Below are positions 1 through 13,945 of a DNA stretch of 64,000 nucleotides, in pieces. The stretch's first letter is position 1. Every line of letters begins with the position of its first letter. The stretch lies in contig CM039005.1 of the NCBI GenBank assembly GCA_017499595.2, forward strand, positions 1,488,001-1,552,000, given 5' to 3'. Made by a program: the position numbers and the translations under genes. This stretch comes from Psilocybe cubensis. Its lineage: Eukaryota. Below the pieces are notes generated by a model. The model was not told where the DNA came from and ran no database searches. It was given only the letters and a program-made list of their open reading frames with translations.

Positions 1-811
1 AGTAACGACGATAGTCAGTCTTGATCAAGCATGATCGAGACCTTAGATTGGGGTTTGTTTCTAAATAACCAATCACACATGAGGCTGACCAAATCTGGAA
101 AAAGGCTTGCCACTGTGTGCCATCAGTCATCCTTTCAACTTTCCAACCCGATTCCAACCCGCCTTTCTTTGAGGTTTCTCAGCACAATACATACCATCTA
201 CACACACCATGCAAATTGGCTATTCCATGTTCCTCAAATCTTCGTCAATCTCAATCATCGAGGGACAAATATAGAGAGATAGGGAAGCATGGCTAAATCA
301 ACCAATCGTGAGACGTTACCGGGTTGTCAGCCCACGCCCACTCAATTTGATCCAAACTCGTCAAAGCGGCAGCGAGCAAGATGCAATCTGGAACGAGATG
401 ACATATGAAGGAGGTGAGTCAAGTTCATATTCAAACAGACAGTTTAAGTCTGACACTACTTAGTACCAATGCAACGCGAATAACAGTGCTGGCTGCAGTA
501 TCATGCGTTTCGGGGACCATCTGTTAATAGATTACTACCTCTCGGCATCTTGTGGCTCTCAGCTTCTGCATCACATAGAACGGTCCAGAATTCAATCGTG
601 CGGTTTTTCAAGTTGGATTCTCCACCAATCACGCTGTCGGCCCCTTATCGTCCGATGCCCTTTGTGAATCCTCGTGTGTGCTTCACCATGCAAGGCCACA
701 TGACTACCTTGATCCATTCGATAGCACTAAGCGCCCACATCTCTTTGTTCTTCCCCGTCTCAATCTGCTATCCAACTGCAACCATATACACCTCACAGCA
801 ATTCGAGTACA

Positions 812-3800
812 ATGGCCTCAAGGAATCGGAAGAAATGTGACTTCTTCGCTCGTGGAAACTGTCGAAAGGGAAATCAATGTAAATTCATTCATGACAACCC
901 GGCACCAGCAACTCCTACGCCCACGACTTCACAAGCCACTGCCAGCCCTCGAGGTGCGACCAGCCCGAGATCTTCTCCATCTGCACCCCGTCAAGTCTGC
1001 AACATATTCTGGCAAAGTGGCGCATGCGATCGTGGTTTTGATTGTTCATTCAAGCACACCCGTAACCCACAAGCAACGCATACGGCATCGCGCTCAGCTA
1101 TCAACAGTGACGAAGACCCGCCTGATTTCTATTCCATCGACGGGCTCGTTCCAGATGGCCGTGAACGAACGCAACGAGGAAGCTACGACCCTGCGGAAGT
1201 CCACAATCATATCAAACCCTTTTTGAAGGATAATTACACTTTTGAAGGACCAAGAAACATTGAAAGTTTTGTTCGAATCATATCAAGCATCAATGATCAC
1301 AATAAAAGCTGGGTGCGTTGTACATGTGGTGCCTTAGAAATGCTGCGGCTGACTGAAATCGTTGACTTGTTCCAGAATACCGATAATGCTCAGGCAAGTT
1401 GAAACTAGTCTTTTACAACGCTTGCTTCATACCTATAATCGATCCAGGCTTTTCTTTCCCTTCTAGTCAAGGTGGCGCTATTAAATGTCTATCCTACCAT
1501 GTTATTAATATGTCTACAGGACAATGGTATTACCCGAATTGGAGAGATACTGCGCTTCAAGCCTGTCGATGACTGCACGAATGTTTTTAGAACCAGTCTT
1601 TCTTTCCAACGCGGTTATTTTCCTATTCTCGAGGTATATATTATCGGTTTTCTGCGATATGCAAATGAAACTCACATTGAACAGTATCTATCGTCAAGTC
1701 TTGTTCTGAAAAGTACATGGCACAAGAATATCAAGTGAATGACTCATTTTCACTGTGACGTGTGCTCAAATCTTAAATATATATAGCCATTTATATACAG
1801 TTGTCGAGGACAACTACGATGATTTACACGCTGTTGTCGATTCTTGCATGAATTCCATGATCAAGCGAAACTCGTGGAGGGATCCGGGCTCAGCTGCAAA
1901 CCTCGATGGCGCGAACGTATTCAAAACACTGACCACTGTCTTTCTTCAGTAAGTCGTTTTCATATACGTCAGTTATATAGTGTTGTTATCATTCCCCTCT
2001 TAGATATTTCAATCGCTTCAAAAGCTCAATCCGTAACCATCCTGAAATTGTCAACCTCGTGCAACATCTTACAGAGTGGTTTGATATTTGGGTTGCTGGC
2101 GTGATGACGAAATCGCCGGTGCTCTTTGAGGATCCAATTACCGACCTTGATCCTCGCCGTCGAGGGTTAATCATAGATCAAATTCACGACGATATCAATC
2201 GATTAGTCACGATTGTTCAAAGAGAGTCAGACCATGCTACTGTTCTTAAGCGACACACGTCTCGCCCTGCAGTAACTGTGGCGCAGCGGCGCAATGCCGA
2301 AATCATGCGCCTTGGGCAAATCTATGATCCCCCTGGTGAACTTAGACCAGAAGGTCCCAGGCATGACAATGACTCCATTGATATTGCTGATATACGAATC
2401 GCTCCTACTCAAAACGAGCTGCTTTGTGAGATTTCCCCATACCTTCCCGCCTTTCTTCCCGAAGCCCAGCATCACTGTCTGCCAGATTCAATGGAACGTC
2501 ATCTTGACATACAATTTCGTCTCCTTCGCGAAGAGTTGATGTATGTTGCTTACATTTATTCGTGACCTGGTTGAGGCTAACGATAAATTTGTTCTTAGCT
2601 CGACAATAAGGTCATCTATAAATGCCGTTTATCAAGATCTTCGCGAGATATGGGAATCTCCTGGACAGCGTCGAGATACAACCAAACTTGAAAAGTTACT
2701 TTCCAAAGGCGGTGGAGCATACAGGACCACTGGTTTAGATTCTGTTTTTTTCATGATTTATGCCAATGTTGGTTTTGCTCCTGTTCGTGCCGAACGCCGT
2801 GACCTTACGGTTGGGCTTTTGATCGACCCACCCGCAGGAGCTGCTCGTGATCCACAGGCATCAAAACGAGTTGCATATTGGAAAAACAGCAGGCGCTTAC
2901 AAGGAGGCGGACTGGTCGCCCTTCTTGTTGTTTCTAACAAAACTTTAAAGGTCTATCTTGGGGTTCTTGCATCCTTCGGCGACGATATTGCAGAGTCGTC
3001 AAAGGCATCTGCAGAAAAGGTTCAAGTCAGGATCACTTTCTTTGATCCAGAAGTAGAATTTCGCGCTTTGAAAAGGGAGAAACTTTCAGGAAGCTCGTCG
3101 TCGTACGCGTTCCTAGTTGATGGTTCCGTTATGTTCGAAGCGTCACGGCCATTTTTGGAGAGACTTCAAACCATCGAGCCCACAGAAATTCCCTTTGGGA
3201 ACTACATTTCTTCCAGCAATTCTCTGGCAGACGTTCAAGTCAAACCGCCTCGCTATGCCACCAACCCAAGATTTAAGTACAACCTTCAATGTTTGGCAAA
3301 AGATCGTGAACATCGAATCTCGGACTTGGATATTACTCGACCCGATGCAGTAAACCTTGCCCGTCACCAAATGCTTGAATCCAGCACTCTCGATCCCTCT
3401 CAAGTTGATGCTGTAATCAACACATTGACAAGAGAGGTCTCCTTAATTCAAGGGTGTGTCTAAAGTTCATATACCGTCGTCGTAATTCTAATAACAAAAT
3501 CGTTTCGATAGACCACCTGGAACTGGAAAGGTGACCTATATTTTTTATTATGTCATAAGTATGCTGACTTTGGTTAATTAAAGAGCTTTACTGGTCGGGA
3601 AATTCTGCGCATTCTTTTTGCCAGCAAAGTACGGCCTATTGGTATGACATCATAATTTGTTTAACATATTTTATAACTTACACAGCTTCTAGTTCTAATT
3701 GCTTACACCAATCATGCTTTAGACCATTTGCTGAGAGAGGTTCTCGATGTAGGGATTACCAAGAGGCTGGTGCGCTTAGGCTCTCGTTCATCCGATGAAG

Positions 3801-6800
3801 TTGTCGCAGAATACACCTTGGACAAGCTGGAAAAACTTGCCGAAAGATCCTCCCTACAGCGCTCGATAGGGAAACAATATGCTGTCATGAAGAGGTTGGA
3901 AGAAGATATGAGTCGAGTTATGGAATCCATTCAACTACCGAAAGTTTCTGCTCAACAGGTCGAAGATCACTTAGATATCCATTTTCCGCAAGCATTAAAC
4001 GTGTTATTGTCACCTCCTTTCTGGATATCACAGCTGGCTGAAACTTTATGGGCGGATGAAGATACAAACGGAGAGTGGTCCACTGTTCGTGGCAAAGGAA
4101 AGCAGCAGGCTGGGGACGTTGTCTCACATACATTCTACGATTTCTGGAAGACGGGTGCAGATATAGCCTTTCTGGCTCCAGTTTCCATGGCGCACTCGCC
4201 GATGCCTACACCTGGCAAAAAAAAGAACAGAGCGGCTAAATCACAAGGGACTACAGTGCTACAAGAGGACCCAAAAGTTACTCGATTCTTTGAAACACTT
4301 GAATTCGGTAACAATCGACCGCAGATACCCGATCAGAATCGACCCCTCACTCGGCTTAGAAATAGCGAGGACTTGTGGAAAATGTCGTTGCAAGAGAGGA
4401 CACGATTGGCATTGGCCTGGGAAGAGGACATTCGTGTTTTGGCTTACAATATAAATCTGGATCGGTACAATAGTCTTCGGGAAGACTATAAAGAAGCATG
4501 CAAAGAATACAATGATATAAGAGATGAGGTATGTGTCTTTTCACTTTGATCATAGATTATTTTTCATAACGAACATTTCACGTCATCAGACCCGCCGGCG
4601 ATTACTTAGTTCTGTTGACCTTATTGCATGTACAACAACTGGTTCGTAAGGTTATTGCGTTCACTTGAGATGGTCCGCGACATTAACGAGGATGATTTAG
4701 GGGCCGCAAAACTCACTTCGCTCATTAATGTATATTATTGTCACTGACTCGCACTGTACGTTGTGATATACTCACTTTTTTCATGCTAGAGCATTGCTCC
4801 ACGTGTTTTGATGGTTGAAGAGGCTGGTCAGGTTCTTGAAGCACATATTTTAACGTCCCTTGTCAACTCAAGTATGTGTTTGCTGCTCTCTGCCTAAAAC
4901 CACATAGCTTACTGAAATAATCAATTTATAGTCCATCATCTCATATGCATTGGAGATCCTCAACAACTTCGCCCAAGCCTTGCGACTTTTGGTATGTTCA
5001 AATAATCCCAAATTTGCAAATACGATAACACTCTGTTATGACTGCAGGTTTATCAATGGATAGCGAGCGGGGTAAACAGCTTTTCAAATTTGACAGGTCG
5101 CTCATGGAAAGACTTGCGGATTCTGGTCTTCAGATGACGCAACTCAATGTTCAACGTCGGATGCGACCAACTATATCTCATTTTATTCGGTATGCTTCTA
5201 TTGCTTTCAATCTGATCTATAGTGTCTTAGCATAGCCCAAAGACGTATACTTTATCCTAACTTGGAAGATCATGACATTGTCAAAACATATCCATCAGTC
5301 AGAGGGATGCAAAAGGACGTCTATTTCTTGAATCACATCCATCCGGAAGGTGGATCAGAGGACTCGGTATCGAAGTATAACACTTACGAAGTGAGTGGAA
5401 TGTTTAATTTTATATATTACAATTCTTAAGGTAATTCCAACCAGGTCCAAATGATTCGCGATCTCGTCCTTTACTTTTTGAAGCAAGACATGTATAGCGG
5501 TCCAGGGGATATTGCTGTTCTTTGCGCATATTTGGGCCAGCTTCAGAAAGTACGACAGGCACTCAAGGATTTGAAAATTGCTGTATCAGTTGACGAAAGG
5601 GATGAAACCCAACTTTTACAACAAGGTTTGGAAGAAGAAGGTGCATTCGAGGAAGTCGTTGTGGCCAAGCACGTAAGCATTCGTCGGATTCCAATTTTGG
5701 GTTAGCCTTCATATCAAAATTTGTCAGATTCGTCTTGGCACAGTGGACATTTACCAGGGGCAGGAGGCAAAAATTGTTATTGTCTCATTGGTGCGAAATA
5801 CGGGCAACTACGACACCAAGTCAGCGTCCATAGGATTTCTAAAGGTATTTATTATAATTTTTAAGTTAAATATTCTCTGAACACTTTGAAGAGTTCAAAT
5901 CGGATAAACGTAGCGCTATCCAGAGCTAAGCACGGCATGTATATCATGGGGAATGCATCTAACCTGCGTAAAAACACAACATGGTCAACAATTCTGGACG
6001 ATTTGGAGGACCAGGGGCTTATTGGACAAGGCTTTCCAATTATATGTGCGCGACATCCCGACCAGGTCAATCTTATATCAAAACCCGGAGATCTTGGTCA
6101 GTATGCTCCTGAAGGTGGATGTCTACTACCCTGCGGATATCAACTAGACTGCGGACATATATGCCCGTCTGTGGTGAGCAAACACGGATTTTCTACTCAA
6201 AATTATAGTATCTTAATGCTATTGAACCTTGAACAGTGTCATATTACGCTTGACAATCATCGTAGCATGTATTGCCACGAGCCATGCAGGAAGACCCCAT
6301 GCCCTCGTGGCCATCCATGCCCAAAAGAGTGCTCGGAAAACTGCGGTGATTGCATGTTCCCAATCTACGACGTCACCCTACCTTGTAGCCATACAGAAAA
6401 AAAAGTTCATTGGTCAGTGTGCTGAATTTCCAACAGCGCATACAATTGCTAATTTGATCCATAGCTACCTTCTTGAGAAGCTTGATTCGGTCAAGTGTCC
6501 AAAATTAGTGACGAAAAAACTTCCACGATGCGAACACTCTGCTCTAATGCCTTGCAGCAAGGATCCCGCATCCTACATCTGCAAAGAAATATGTGGTGGT
6601 ATCATGGGTTGCTGCTCAAAATCATGCAAATCTCAATGTCATCAGTGCCAGACAGCAACCAAGGTTCTCGTTACTGGCGATCCTGTTATCGGTCACAAAT
6701 CTAGTCCAACAAGGATCAATCGTACTTCTCATTATACTCACCCATGTGATCGTCCACTCTATTGCATGCACCCATGCGGCAAGGCTTGTCACCCAAAGGA

Positions 6801-8903
6801 TAATCCTCCATGTAATCCCGCCTGCCAACAGGCCTGTCGTCAGGAATGCCTTCATCAAAAGTGTAAGAAGACCTGCTCCTCCGTTTGTCCTCCTTGTATG
6901 GAACCATGCACTTGGAACTGTTCCCATTATACGTGTCCTGTTACATGCGGGTCGGTAAGTTGGCTTCAATGTTTAAGACTCAATCTTTCAACTCAATTCC
7001 TACCAAAAGATTTGTACACGCCTGCCTTGCGATCAACCTTGCAGGGAAAAATTAACGTGTGGTCATCCATGCCCTTCAGGTAAATCAAACTCTAATATTA
7101 TATATATATTTGTACGTTTACTTACAGTGGACATATATCAGTTTGCGGCGAAATTTGTAATCAGCAGATCTGTGTGCTGTGTCTAGAAACAGATAAAAAG
7201 CAAGAGGTTGTCGACCTCGTCATGCAACGGCGACTCGATGAATTAGACCTTAGCTCCGATGACATTTCGGAAAGGCTAATTACGCTCAAATGTGGTCACA
7301 TCTTCACCGTGGAAACCCTAGACGGGGTTTGCAGAATGGCTGATTTCTACGAAGTGAGCAATGACGGAACATACATTCGAACCAAAGCTCCTCCTGTGGA
7401 ATATCAAACACCACCCACTTGTCCACAGTGCCGAAGTTCTATTACTGCTCTCCGTTATGGCAGAGTCGTCAAACGCTCTATGCTTGACATCCTCGAGCAG
7501 AATGTGGCGAGCAATATGTCGCGTGATTTGGAGCTTCTTGGACCACACCTGGAACATGTTTCGAAGTCATTGGAGACATTCAAAGAGAGAGCGAAAACCA
7601 TAACCCCTGATACCACTAATCTTGGCACTATCTCACAAGCTCGAAAAACTGACGCGATTGAGAAGCAAGAACCGATTTCAAAAGCCTTGCTTGATCTTAA
7701 TGCCATGAATTCAATACATGGCCTGTCCCCGCAAGAGACTAGAATTTGGAACACGATTGTAAAACCAATTCTGGATGCATATTCAAGGGCTCACAGCATA
7801 GCAACGACCCAAGGAGCACATGTCAAGGCATATGAAGGGGCATTTTCAACATTGTATCGCCTTGAGCTCGATACCTTGATCAATGATCCTTCCGTAGTAA
7901 CCGATGCTCCAGAGCCAATGGCTTTGCGCGCTGTGCAGATGAACATTGGTCAACCCCCTCCTACAGCCGATAGTCGTTTCCAAATTGAGGCGTACATTCA
8001 TACCCTTGAATTACGTTTTATGCTTGCCCAAGTCGGCCTTGCGCGTCTCGATGGTTTGAACCCAGCTGCGACGGACGAACTTTCCAGCAAAGAAAAAAGA
8101 CATTGGAAGGAGTTCATTGGGTTCATATATGAGACATGTGTGGCTGACTCTAGAAAAGCTTTAGCTATTGCGGAGAAGTCTTCAGCATCTCGGAGAGCTG
8201 CGACATCCAAGGTTTTCATGATAAGATCTGACTTCGAAAGAATACGGTTTCAGACAACAATCGGGATGAAGTCTCTTAAGGTATCCGACCCCACGTTTGC
8301 AGAGGATCGTGAGCGTATAGCCCAACAGGTCTCCGACACAAGAACTAGCGTGGAGAAGCAACTGCTTGAATACGAAAGGGAGTATATCAGAAGCCGACCT
8401 ACTGGGAACAATATACGGAAGTTGAATGAAGAGAGGAACTGGTTCAAGGAAAACTGCGCAATAAAGGTCCAGCGGTTTATCGATGAATTGAATGATTTGG
8501 AAGCATGGGTCAAAAACGGGACAGTGTATGAGCCGCTTTCACACAACGAAATGGAAGATATCGTAAAAGCCTTTAAGGGCAAATTTTGTGAGTACCCAGC
8601 AACATTCAACATACTTTGCGCTGAAATGCTCCACAATCTTTAGTAACTACTGGTCATTTTTACAATTGTCCAAACGGACATCCATTTGTGATCACAGAGG
8701 TACGTGCAACTTCTTTTTACCGAGTTGATAATAACATGGAGCTTTGTTTGAAGTGCGGTGGTGCTATGCAAACGTCTGTCTGTCCGGAATGTGGTGAAGC
8801 TATTGGAGGAGGGTCTCACAGGTTGCTTGACACAAATACTGTAGATTCACGTTTCGAAGGAATCCTCAGGGATATGGGCATCACTGATCGAGGTTTCTAC
8901 TGA
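812..8903 (+). CDS. ZNFX1: ZNFX1/NFX1-type zinc finger SF1 RNA helicase with N-terminal CCCH fingers and C-terminal RING-like and RZ fingers (about 25 introns)
   Basis: Two CCCH fingers (CDFFARGNCRKGNQCKFIH; CNIFWQSGACDRGFDCSFKH); ZNFX1-type RHDND and HLDIQFRLLREE motifs; spliced Walker A QG|PPGTGK|S; TNHALD; VEEAGQVLE; IGDPQQLRP; QRRMRP; TVDIYQGQE; NRINVALSRAKHG; Cys/His-rich NF-X1 repeats (about 6120-7170); CGHIFTVETLDG...CPQCR; RZ finger HFYNCPNGHPFVITE|CGGAMQTSVCPECGEAIGGGSH. Confidence 0.92.
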
Positions 8904-9199
8904 CATAGACATTGTATCTCATGACAAACGTAGTCTTATATTTCTCAACCAGGCGAAACGATAGTTTAAATAAATAAATCTCATATGCAAGGAAGCTCAC
9001 GTACCTTGTACTGAATCGCGAACAATCGCAATAAAATAGGGGCATATTTGCCACTGACGCTAAATGCAAACAAACGGACCGCGTCGGATTTGGACTGCGG
9101 GCCCCAAGCGTGATTTTCTTCCTGCCATTTTTTCAAGGTCGATTCTTGTTCAGCCTCAGCGTCATCGACCCCAGCACCACATAATCCTCGTTTACAATA

Positions 9200-10518
9200 A
9201 TGCACGCCGCAGTCACCCCAAAAGCTTCATCATCAGCTCTTAGAATCCTCAGAAGGGACTTTACTCGAGTGTCATCTTGTCGACGGCTCGTAACGGTTGT
9301 AGCTGGTGCTGGCCCCGTTGCCGGCAAAAGCTCATCGTCACCGTGCAGGAAGGCTAGCATTTCTCTATCTAGACCTTCCACCTTGCAACATATCATATCA
9401 TATACACGTACACCGAGGCAACATCTTCGCAGGTCATATACTACAACAGCAACCGGCGCAGCACCATCATCTCCCGACACTTCCCCCACCCAACACGAAT
9501 ATGAACCAGAACCAGAGTCAGAAATAAATCCCATAACATTCGCTGACCCTCATCGCCCCGACCTGTTCTACCATTACACTCCCGCTCCAACGCCACTCTC
9601 ACGCGTGCTCCCGGCCTTCGCCCTGTCATATTTGGATGCTCTTCCCCCTGCTAGTGCTGCTGGCGGGGAGGGCTCCGAAGCAGTGATTGGATGGCTTCCC
9701 GCACAGACGATTGTTGAAGGAGAAGTGGAGGGAGAGGCAATACAGGGAGAGGGGCAGGGTTCAACATTGGACGATTTCATGGGGAACGGTAAGTCTTGTA
9801 TTCAATTACCTCTCTGTTTGAGCGCGCAGAAAGTGTGGCGGGGTGCGGTTTATGCTGCCTTGCACCCCACCCTCTCTGTTTATCTGAAAACAAGTAAATT
9901 CTTAACTGATTCTCTGATACCGATACGGTGAAACAATAGACAAATTTCTCTCCTTCCTGCACGCCACCATCCAAACTGCACTTGAGCAGGGACAAGACGA
10001 TATTTGGAGAGATGCCGCTATTGCCCATGGGAATGGCTGGATGCACATTGGCGGTACGTCTCTTTGCTTCCATTCCTTAAACCTATTCCAGTTCCCTGAA
10101 CCGAGACCCCATTTGAATACGGGTGAAAACTCATGTTTTATTTTGTCTATGTATGTGTGGTGAACAGATCAGCGGAATATTCCAGCACTAGGACGCGTCG
10201 GTGATCCAGACGACATATTAGCATCTGTGCTCGTACAGGATGGAAAGGTGAATGATTCATTGACAATTTCTCTTCACATCGCTCCCTTTCAAGCCACCTC
10301 CAATAACTCCCCAGATCCATGACCGTGTACTAACCTAACAATTTATTCCCTCTCCAAACACCCAGATTGTACCAGGCACATACCAAGCCATGCCTTCATA
10401 CCGGATATGCACCGTCGATGGGGTGTTGCAGCTCACTCCCGGACTCGCCGGATGTCTTAAGGAAGCCTTGGCCCAGTCTTGGGCCGCCGCCGCTGCTGCT
10501 GATGCAGACCAGGCGTAA
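9200..10518 (+). CDS. Conserved fungal hypothetical protein, possible mitochondrial presequence (4 exons)
   Basis: Arg/Ser-rich N-terminus lacking acidic residues; spliced continuation GWMHIG|DQRNIPALGRVGDPDDILASVLVQDGK|IVPGTYQAMPSYRICTVDG ending at TAA 10516-10518. Confidence 0.75.
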
Positions 10519-11627
10519 CCAGTGGGATGAGCACCTTAAAACCTGGAGCTAAAAGCTGACGTGATTCGAAAATGTCGGTAACCGGACTCAAATGGCAAAC
10601 CGGCGCTAGTGGCAAATGCAGACACTCACAAACTTGATTTATCAGGTCGGTTAAAGCACCATACGCGCATATATGCGGTCGTTTCGTCCACACACAACAA
10701 GTATTATGCGCAACCCGGTATCAAATTAAAACTCTGAGTCATATATGTCGATACGTGTAAAAGCAAAGGGCATTAGAGTCGTTTGTAGAACCTTGTCGTC
10801 CAAAACCACCCGGGAGAGCAGAGGTTGAGTGGAAAGTTTGTCAGCGCGATGTACAGCAGATCTCCACATTCAAAGGTTTACTGGTGTCGAGTATATGCGC
10901 GGCGATGCCCTCTATTCCTCAATTGTGGAATGCCGTGCCAATTTAATGTTCTAACCTCCTAGCACCTTTCCTTTGTACGTGGCGGTTTTCTTGAGGCACG
11001 AGCTTCATGGTAACCCTTCGCCTCTGCCCATCCAACGAGACTTCAGCTAGCTTACTTTGATGCTGCACAGCATAGACCCTGGTGTGTACGCATGTCAATG
11101 AGACGACGACATGCACTTTATTATTGCCTTGGGAAGTCTGCCCAGTAGATCAGTGCCGTTAATTAAATCTTAATTTCTTCGTGTTTGTTGAGAATATTGC
11201 ACTCTTTTCAGAAACGATCAAAACTATAGGGATAAGGAATGTCCGCGTCATTGATTTGGACCCGAATGCCAGAGGAGCAGGCCCCCGATGCCTGGGCAGT
11301 AAATCGTGCACCGCAACCTGTGAGCTCAAATCTGAACGTCTCTTTACTTTAAATTATGGGATCGCACAATAACAGATGTAGTAAAGTCAGAGGGGTATTT
11401 GTCGTTAATAGTTGAATCATTTCTCTCGACGAGTGACACGATGAACCCAGAATGCACATTTAGTCCAGAATAGAAGCCTTGAAAAGTATACAATTTCGAT
11501 TTCCTATCAAAACAAAGAAATCCATAACAATTCCAAGCTTGTATCTGAGATTGAACGCTGCACACAAATCTTGCACAGTCGCTTAAAGGACCCCGACGTT
11601 GACTTAAATGTTCTGTTTTGCCTCAGA

Positions 11628-12394
11628 CTACGAAAGAGCAGCCAAGGCGTTCTGCCTTGCCGCATCGACAACATTAAAAATAGCACTAGTGGTGGTCGTC
11701 ATTGTCGTCTGGAAAATGAATGTTAATCCTAGTCAGCGCATGCTTTGCCGAATGACTTGTTATTAAACACAAAAACGTTCTACTGACCGGTACCATAGGC
11801 ATCAAAGTAGACTCGAGCACGGCACACTTGTTGGCAGACTTCAACAAGTCAAGTGATATCGTGCCAGCCGAGTTGAGGGACTTGAAGTCGGCCGACTTTT
11901 GGGCGATGCCGTTGAGGTAGTCGAGGATGTCGGGAGTGAAACTATTGTACACTGATATGATTCTCTTAACGTCGTTCGCGGGCAGAGGTGCCTCAAGATT
12001 CTGAATGTTAATTCATGGCAAAAGTGATGTTAGCGCGCGCTAGGCAGTTATTTTTGTGAGAGATAGCTTACGTCGAGTTCGCTGATCACGTCGGTGAAGA
12101 GTGTGTGAATGGCTCCCGCATCCGCTTGGATGTTCTATGGGGGTTCGAGTTTATATTTGTACGTTGGGGGACGCATAAGGGATAGGATTGGAGGAAGAAA
12201 AGGCAACATACGTTCACACCTGTTATGCCGGTCTGCGGGAAGCTGTTGACGTCGCTCGCAATCTTGGAGAACTGTGTGCCAAGCTTGGAGAAGTCATCCA
12301 TTATGACCTTCATGCTTGATGATGTGGTCGGTGGGACAGCGGATGCAACAGCCAAAGCCATACACGACGCGATGACGGAGATGGAAAACTTCAT
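11628..12394 (-). CDS. Secreted hydrophobic surface-binding protein A (HsbA)-like protein
   Basis: Signal peptide MKFSISVIASCMALAVASA; helical mature region (FTPDILDYLNGIAQKSADFKSL...); three GT-AG introns; stop TAG at 11628-11630. Confidence 0.7.
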
Positions 12395-13945
12395 GTTTGA
12401 ATTGGCACAGAGTTTGACAAAGGTTTTAAGCTTGATAAAGCTGAGCACCCAGCTGGAGAGCCTGAGGAACTTCAAGATGTTAATCGTTTAAATAACTTCC
12501 AAACCAGCCAAGTTGTGACCACGTTGAACGTAGCGTATGTCCTTCAGAGAACGGTTATACACCTAACATAACCTCATTTCTGGATTGGGTCCCGATCTAA
12601 AGTCACATTCCTGTACTGATACTACACATTCCATCCTTCACGGAGATAAATCGATACATACTATACATACCAACATAGGACCTTGAAATAGATATGGGGT
12701 TAGCGCTTACCGTTATCTTTGGGGTCATGCTATGTGATCTCGACGCACCATTCTAAAAGATTTTTTCTACTTATATTTCTTTTTTATCCACCTCCATCTT
12801 TCAAGTGAGATATATGCACCATCGATATCATTTCGCTACAGCTAATACCTGCTCAAAGGTTTCTAATAATAGACTGCAAATCGTTACCTAAAACAAAGAG
12901 CACGAAGATCAGCGCCTTATTCTCCCACCTATACAGTGAGCTATAAACCTATATAAGCTTCACATTCAAATCTTAACAAAAAGCGCAGACAAACGTGCGG
13001 ATTATCTAGGCTCCTTGTTATCAAGACCTTCCATGACATTCATAACTCCTACGTATGTCCTCACATTTCCCACTTGCCTTAGAGTTCTATGTCAATACGA
13101 ATTACGAATAAGGCAATATTCGGGAAGGTGAGAGAGTGGATGGTTGGAACTGTGTTGACTGTGTTGACTGTATTGCTGTTCTTTTGGAAAGCAGGTTCAT
13201 TTAGGGGCTATTTGTGCTTAATATGCGTAGGGGATAGGCATTAGAACTCACTATGGAAGTTTAGGGGTTGACGGCAAAGACAGTATAACAAGAATTAATA
13301 TAGACCTGGGGTATTATAGCTGGGTCTATGAGGGCCACTCTGGATACGGGAAGATCTTGAGTGAAAATGAAGTCAAACTTCAAAGCCTCTGATGGCGGGC
13401 CATCACGAGGCGATCGTCGAGCATCGACGGCGGCGGGGGTGTTGTGGGTGGGAATGTTGGTGCGGTTTCGGTTGTGATTATTCTGCGGTGGATGGGGGCC
13501 GGTAGTAGGCCATAGTAGTAGAGCCTGCTACTAAAACGAAATCTAGCCAACCCAAGGTACCTACAAAGTCTAACAGGTTTGAAGTGAGCTCTTCCGAATG
13601 CAATGTCGGGTGGATGTTGTGCGGACACGTACCAACGTGAGAACATGGTCTATTTCATTCTTAATAGGAATGCCGTGTGAAGGCCATGCATGAAGTTGGG
13701 TCGGAGCCTTTCACGCATAATAAGGCCTTGGTCAAAATCTCTTATAATTGAATATAAATTACGCAATTGGGATTGCCAACTGGGTGTTGTCTTCTTCAGA
13801 TCCCATGGACAAACCCTGTGGATCTGTTCCATAAGATTCACTACCAGAGTTCAAATGTGCGATTGGAATGGCTGGAAATGGTTGAAAACAGAAACTACAG
13901 GTATTATTTTTATATGTCTCGATTTTTGTCTCCATCGCTCTAGTC

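Noticed and set aside
13195-13275. TTAGGG-like motifs
   Set aside because: Isolated copies, not a tandem telomeric tract
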